In this document: in pieces, positions 19,009 through 24,125 of the stretch
How positions within the stretch are numbered: the stretch's first letter is position 1
Layout: every line of letters starts with the position of its first letter
Source: an uncultured Gemmatimonadales bacterium
Lineage (GTDB): Bacteria; Gemmatimonadota; Gemmatimonadetes; Gemmatimonadales; GWC2-71-9
Direction of reading: 5' to 3'
DNA: 24,125 bases
NCBI GenBank assembly: GCA_963821525.1
Contig: CAWGED010000016.1
Coordinates: 1 to 24,125, forward strand
The notes under the pieces: model-generated
Database searches by the model: none
Seen by the model: only the letters and a program-made list of their open reading frames with translations
What the model was told of the DNA's origin: nothing
Position numbers and translations under genes: made by a program

Positions 19009-19665
19009 ATGAAACCGGATCGGCAGTTACAGCCAGACGTCGTGGATGAGCTTCGGTGGGAGCCCAGCTTGGATGAGAAGGAGATCGGCGTGAACGTGAC
19101 CGGCGGGCTGGTGACCCTGACCGGGCGGGTGAGGACATATGCGGAGAAGCTGGCCGCCCTGCGTGCGGTGGAGCGCGTGGTTGGGGTAGCAGCCATCGCC
19201 AATGAGCTGACGGTGGTTCCCACCGCTGCCTTCGAGCACAGCGACGTCGATATCGCAAAAGCAGCGTTGCAGGCATTGGCTTTGTCCGCCTCCGTGCCCA
19301 AGGATCGGATCAAGGTGCGGGTGGAGAACGGCTGGGTGACGCTCGAAGGGAAGGTCGAATGGCAATACCAGAGGGATCACGCCGAGAATGCATTACGCCT
19401 GCTGCCGGGGGTTCGCGGCGTAAACAATCAGGTGATCCTGGAGCCGCCGTCGGTGCGAGTTGCGGAAGTGACCAAGCAGATCCAGGCAGCCTTGTCCCGC
19501 AGCGCGGCCCTGCACGCCCAGGAGATCAAGGTCGAGGCCAGGGACCGCCGGATCACCCTCCGGGGTACTGTGCACTCCTGGGATGAGCGGCGGGAGGCGG
19601 AGCACGCGGCATGGGCCGCGCCGGGCGTCACGGCAGTCGAGAACGAGCTCACCGTCACCGTCTGA
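19009..19665 (+). CDS. Triple BON-domain (OsmY-like) protein
   Basis: AGGAGG RBS. Three repeats: G.VTLTG.V..GV..IANEL, GWVTLEG.V..GV.GV.NQV, ITLRGTV..APGVTAVENEL. Confidence 0.93.
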   Translation: MKPDRQLQPDVVDELRWEPSLDEKEIGVNVTGGLVTLTGRVRTYAEKLAALRAVERVVGVAAIANELTVVPTAAFEHSDVDIAKAALQALALSASVPKDRIKVRVENGWVTLEGKVEWQYQRDHAENALRLLPGVRGVNNQVILEPPSVRVAEVTKQIQAALSRSAALHAQEIKVEARDRRITLRGTVHSWDERREAEHAAWAAPGVTAVENELTVTV

Positions 19666-19677
19666 GTAATTCCGGCC

Positions 19678-19714
19678 GGACTTCCTCTGCGGGACAGTTC
19701 CCGCGAGGAAGTCC
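19678..19714. terminator. Hairpin between convergent BON and ATPase genes
   Basis: GGACTTCCTC(T)GCGGGA-cagt-TCCCGCGAGGAAGTCC. Confidence 0.65.
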
Positions 19715-19730
19715 TCGTCGCGATAGGCGG

Positions 19731-22378
19731 CTAGTCACGATACAGCACGCCTCGGCGAATCAGCCACTTCTCGCCCTCGACCGCCAGGAAGACAACGGTG
19801 GAAAGCAGCAGGCAGACCAGCAACTCGCCTGGGCTGAGCGGCTGCGTCTTGAACACTGCCGCCGCACCCGGCAGGTAGATGGTGCCGAGTTGCAGAAGCA
19901 CGGTCAGCGCTACCGCAGCGAGCAAAGGGAGATTCGATCCGATCCCGGCCCGGAACAGCGAGGTTCGCTCCGAGCGGATGGCAAGGACGTGGCCCATCTG
20001 GGAAAGGGCCAGCACCGTAAACGTCATTGTCTGCCAGTGAACCATCTCGTGATGGTAGGCCCAAGCCTGAATCGTCAGAGTGACTCCCGCCATCACCAGC
20101 CCGACCCAGACCACGTGCTGCCACAGCCCGCCGGCGAAGATGCTCTCGACCCGGCGCTCGGGGGCCGCGGCGCATGACGTCGGGCTCCGCCGGTTCGAGG
20201 GCGAGCGCGATTCCCGGAAGGCCATCGGTGACCAGGTTGATCCAGAGCAGGTGAATCGGCAGGAGCGGGATCGGCAGGCCAATCAGCGGAGCCAGAAGCA
20301 GCGTCTCCACCTCCGCGGCGTTGCAGGTGACCACGTAGCGCACAAACTTGCGGATATTGTCGTAGATGCGTCGGCCGGCGCGAACCGCCGACACGATGGT
20401 GGCGAAGTTGTCGTCCAGCAGAACCAGGTGAGCGGCCTCCCGTGCCACATCGGTCCCGCCCCGCCCCATCGCGATCCCAATGTCTGCCCGGCGGAGTGCA
20501 GGAGCATCGTTGATGCCGTCGCCCGTCATGGCGACGCACTCACCCCGAGCCTGCAGTGCGCGGATGATCGCGATCTTCTGCTCCGGTGCGACCCTGGCGT
20601 AGACCCTCACGGTCTCCGCCCGCCGAATAAGGGCCTCGGGAGCGAGCCGCTCCAGCTGCGAACCGGTCAGCACCTCTTTCCCGTGGTCGAGGATCGAGAG
20701 ACGCGCCGCGATGTTTCGGGCCGTGGCCGGGTGGTCTCCGGTGATCATCACCACGGTGACGCCCGCGGCACGGCAAGTGGCCACGGCCTCCGCGGCCTCG
20801 GGCCGCGGTGGATCGAGAAGCCCGACCATGCCGAGAAAGGTCTGTCCCACTTCCACGGTCTCGGGAGTCAGCGGGTCCGGCACTGCAGAGAACCGACGGC
20901 ACGCAAGTGCGATCACCCTGAGTCCCTTTTCGGCCAGGTCCTCGGCCTGCTGCATGAGGGCCGGCGTGTTCAAGGTCTCGGCCCCCTTCGCACCTAGCCG
21001 ATCGACACAGATGGAGAGGACCCGCTCGTGCGATCCCTTGGTATAGGCGATGACCTCGGACCCGGAACGGTGCAGCGTCGTCATGCAGGCGCGTTCGGCG
21101 GTGAAGGGCAGCTCCGCCAGCCGAGGGCTGCGCTGGGCGGCCGCAGCCGGATCGCAGCCGGCACCGGCGGCGGCCTGAAAGAGCGCGATCTCCGTGGGAT
21201 CGCCGAGCGGCTTGCCATCGGGAGTGAGGTGCACATCGTTGCTGAGGGCGAGCGCTTCCAGCAGCCGGGGCCACGGGTCGGGCTTCGCGGGTTCGGGCGG
21301 GGGACCGCTTGCGACCTCATTCACCACAAAGCGCTCGACCTGCATCCGGTTCTCGGTCAGCGTCCCGGTTTTGTCAACGCAGATGACCGTCACCGAACCA
21401 AGGGTCTCGACCGCGGGCAACTGGCGAACCAAGGCCCGCTCCCGGATCATCCGCCTGGCCCCGAGCGCCAGCGCCACCGTCACCACCGCGGGAAGCGCCT
21501 CAGGAATGGCCGCGACTGCCAGACTGATCGCGGTGAGCAGCATGGGTAGCAGTCGCTCGCCCCGAATCAGGCCGAGCAGCAGGACCAGGGCGCATACGGC
21601 GAGCGCGGCGCCGGCCAGGCGTTGTCCCAGTCGAGTGAGGCGGATCTGCAGCGGCGTCCTGACACCGCGTTCCTGTACCAGCAGACTCGCGATCCGCCCC
21701 AATTCCGTCTTCATCCCCGCTGCGACGACCAACCCCGCTCCGCGGCCATGCACGATGGACGTGCCCTTGTAGGCCATGTTGCGCCGGTCGCCCAGGACGA
21801 GGTCAGGATCAGCCAAGGCGTGGGTGATCTTATCGATCGCGTGCGATTCGCCGGTGAGCGGCGCTTCCTCAATCCGGAGGTGGGTGGCCTCTGTAAGCCG
21901 GAGATCGACGGGGACCAGATTCCCGGCCTCCAGCAATACCAGGTCCCCGGGAACCAGCTGCCGTCCCCGGAACCACGGTTGTCATTCTCCCGCGACGGAC
22001 GCGCACAGCAGCGACCGAGATCGCCCGTAGCGATTCGAGGGCGCGCTCGGCACGATATTCCTGGACGAAACCCAGCACCGCGTTCAGGACCAGGATGGCA
22101 ACGATGGCGACGGTGTCCTGCGGCTCGCCGATCACGCCGGCGAGTATCGCCGCGGTCGCGAGCACGAGCACCATGAAGTCGGAGAACTGAGCGAGAAAAA
22201 TCAGGCCGGCGTGGCGCCGCCGCCGCTCGGTGATGGCATTCGGCCCATAATGTCGCAGCCGCGCAGAGGCCTCGTCGGGCGCCAGCCCCTCGATCCCCGA
22301 ACTGGACAGCAGGGCCCCCACCTGTTCTACGGAGAGGGAATGCCAGGATGGCGGGGACGACGGATCTCGCTCGCTCAT
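19731..22378 (-). CDS. Cation-transporting P-type ATPase (type IIA, PacL/CtpF-like), frameshifts near 21950 and 20160
   Basis: [74 protein letters not shown]. Confidence 0.93.
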
Positions 22379-22469
22379 CGGAGCAGGCCGCGGCCCGGAA
22401 TCCGGCGGTGCGTGGCCCCGTGCGCTGCGTGAGGTCATCGAACGCCAGCCGGAAGCCGATTCCTGGTCC

Positions 22470-23372
22470 TCAGGCAACCGGGCCCGACCCACGAACCGGG
22501 ACGATCGCAACGCTCACGGACGCCGCGTGCAGCACGCCGCCCGACACGGAGCCATGCCACCAGCGGCGGAACCCCTCACGCTGGTGGCTGCCCACGACAA
22601 TCAGGTCCGCTCCGAGCTCTTCCGCCGCCACCACCAGTTGACGGTCGAGCCGTCCCAGTGCGGGGATGACCTGCAGCCGGACCGCCATGTCACCATCACC
22701 CAGGAGCGACCGCTTCCGGGCTCCCAGCTCCTCGAGCAGCCTGGCCTCGGTCTCCGGTAACAGCGCGACACCCATTCCCGGACCCGAGAAGCCGCGGCGC
22801 CGGTTCTCCTCTCCCGGCACGACGAGCCGTGCTACCACGAGATCAATCGGACCGATCTTGCCCAGGGCGCCGGCCCATGACAGCCCTCCGTCTGAGCTCG
22901 GGCCCGGCTCGAAGCCGACCACGACTTTCAGGGCCTTTCCCTTCACCAGCCATTCGACAAAGGGCTCGGCCGCCCGCACTACCAGCACGGGCACCGAGGC
23001 TTCACGGGCAGTAGAGTCCGCGCAACTGCCAAGCACCCAACGATCGATCGCCCGGTGCCCCACCGCCCCGATCACGATGAGCGTCGCGCCGAGTTCCCCG
23101 GCTCGCTTGACCAGTGCCTCGTCCGGCCTGCCGTGCATGACGTCGGTGACAATCGGGAGGCCGGCCACCTGGAGGGTTTCGGCCTCCCAGGCAAGACGGT
23201 CCACCGGAAAACCGGACTGACCCGGCCGTGATCCGGTATCGGGATGCAACGACTCGGCCGGAAGCACGTGCACCAGATGCAGGTCCTGCCCTGATGCGCG
23301 CGCGATCAGACCCGCAACCCGCGCCGCCTCGGTGGCCAGATGGCTGAAATCGGTTCCGCAGAGGACGGTCAT
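22470..23372 (-). CDS. Tandem universal stress protein
   Basis: VLCGTDFS, LIVIGAVG...VLGS, VPVLVV. Second domain ADLIVVGSH...GSVS..VLH. GGAGG RBS. Confidence 0.9.
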   Translation of the reverse strand: MTVLCGTDFSHLATEAARVAGLIARASGQDLHLVHVLPAESLHPDTGSRPGQSGFPVDRLAWEAETLQVAGLPIVTDVMHGRPDEALVKRAGELGATLIVIGAVGHRAIDRWVLGSCADSTAREASVPVLVVRAAEPFVEWLVKGKALKVVVGFEPGPSSDGGLSWAGALGKIGPIDLVVARLVVPGEENRRRGFSGPGMGVALLPETEARLLEELGARKRSLLGDGDMAVRLQVIPALGRLDRQLVVAAEELGADLIVVGSHQREGFRRWWHGSVSGGVLHAASVSVAIVPVRGSGPVA

Positions 23373-23406
23373 GGTCCACCTCCGTCGCGAGGGACCGGGC
23401 TTGCGT

Positions 23407-23901
23407 TCAGTCGTCCGCGTCGTCGGGTGTCGCAGCCTCGGTCGACGTCACGCCGGCGGTGGTGATCTCCGAATGCCGGATTTGCCCACCGAGGTTCGCG
23501 GTCCAAGCCATCAGCACCGTCGTGACCAGCGCCAAGCCGAAGATCGCGACGAGCAGGCGCGATGACATCGACCCGGTGCGACGCGAACGCCAGAGGAGCA
23601 GGAGAGCGGCCACACCGAGAAGTGCTGCGCCGGTGGTGGCTGTGACGGCAGCGTCCTCATGACGTTCGATCTGTCTTTCGGACACGCCGGCCGTGTTCTC
23701 TATCAGTTCTTCAGCCGGTTCGCCGGTCAGGTAGACAGCGCCCGCGGCTGCGCCCGTCAGCAGCAGCACAACGAGGCTAGTCCGCCGAATGGTCTCATTC
23801 TGTCGCCAGAGACCGACGGCGAGCAGGATAGTGCCGAACAGGACGCCGAGTACCGGGACGTGGTTAAGCGCGAGGTGAATATGCGCGGGATTGATGGACA
23901 T
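23407..23901 (-). CDS. DUF2231-like membrane protein, copy 2 (intact, 164 aa)
   Basis: MSINPAHIHLALNHVP start with AAGGGGG RBS, about four TM segments, paralog of 690..1185. Confidence 0.8.
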   Translation of the reverse strand: MSINPAHIHLALNHVPVLGVLFGTILLAVGLWRQNETIRRTSLVVLLLTGAAAGAVYLTGEPAEELIENTAGVSERQIERHEDAAVTATTGAALLGVAALLLLWRSRRTGSMSSRLLVAIFGLALVTTVLMAWTANLGGQIRHSEITTAGVTSTEAATPDDADD

Positions 23902-23930
23902 GATGCCCCCTTTGCTGGCCATCTGAGTTG

Positions 23931-23974
23931 AAGCTAGTGTCGAGGGATGAAGGGGCCGTGAAGGATGAGTGAGG
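23931..23974 (-). promoter_or_regulatory. Putative OmpR/PhoB-family direct-repeat site plus -10, copy 2
   Basis: CCTCAC/CTTCAC/CTTCAT at 11-bp period, a 10-nt spacer and TAGCTT. The boxes are conserved relative to 1217-1260 while the 10-nt spacer differs. Confidence 0.5.
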
Positions 23975-24031
23975 TCGTCGGCCGTCAGCCGTTTGCAATG
24001 AAACCACGAGTCATACGCCACGCCAGCTTGC

Positions 24032-24084
24032 GGCTTATGGCTTATGGCTTATGGCTGACGGCTGACGGCTGACGGCTGACGGCT
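24032..24084. repeat. Heptamer tandem repeat (GGCTTAT)3(GGCTGAC)4
   Basis: Read directly from the sequence. A complementary GCCGTCAGCC lies at 23981-23990. Confidence 0.9.
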
Positions 24085-24097
24085 CTCGCAGTCGGAC

Positions 24098-24125
24098 CTA
24101 TCTCCGAAACACGAAGTACACCGCC
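24098..24125 (-). CDS. 3' end of a second DMT family gene (partial)
   Basis: Encodes AVYFVFRR*, identical to the C-terminus of 10983..11330. The downstream CTGACGGCTGACGGCTCTCGCAG is also shared. Confidence 0.75.

Overview
GC-rich bacterial accessory region. The gene content suggests Gemmatimonadota, but that is only an inference. The sequence has many single-base frameshifts and one T82/A15 run, which look like uncorrected long-read errors. Left to right it contains: an unannotated 52-aa double-glycine RiPP-like precursor; a DUF2231-like membrane protein gene duplicated at the far end of the window; a minus-strand cNOR nitric oxide reductase operon (47-aa membrane peptide, di-heme NorC, NorB, NorQ, NorD); two tandem epoxide hydrolases; DUF3237, DMT, cupin, NmrA/SDR and TMEM175 genes; an integrase-less integron cassette array (attC sites around SRPBCC, secreted-protein, GGDEF and TM2-like ORFs) joined to a truncated HAD gene; and a stress block (baeRF1/eRF1-like, triple BON, P-type ATPase, USP). 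The most striking structure is a set of six, possibly seven, co-oriented tRNA-Val(CAC) remnants across the first 13.7 kb. Most are followed by a hairpin, and they separate the gene modules. The two copies flanking the nor operon share a ~45-nt insert at the T-loop. No integrase or intact tRNA is visible in the window.
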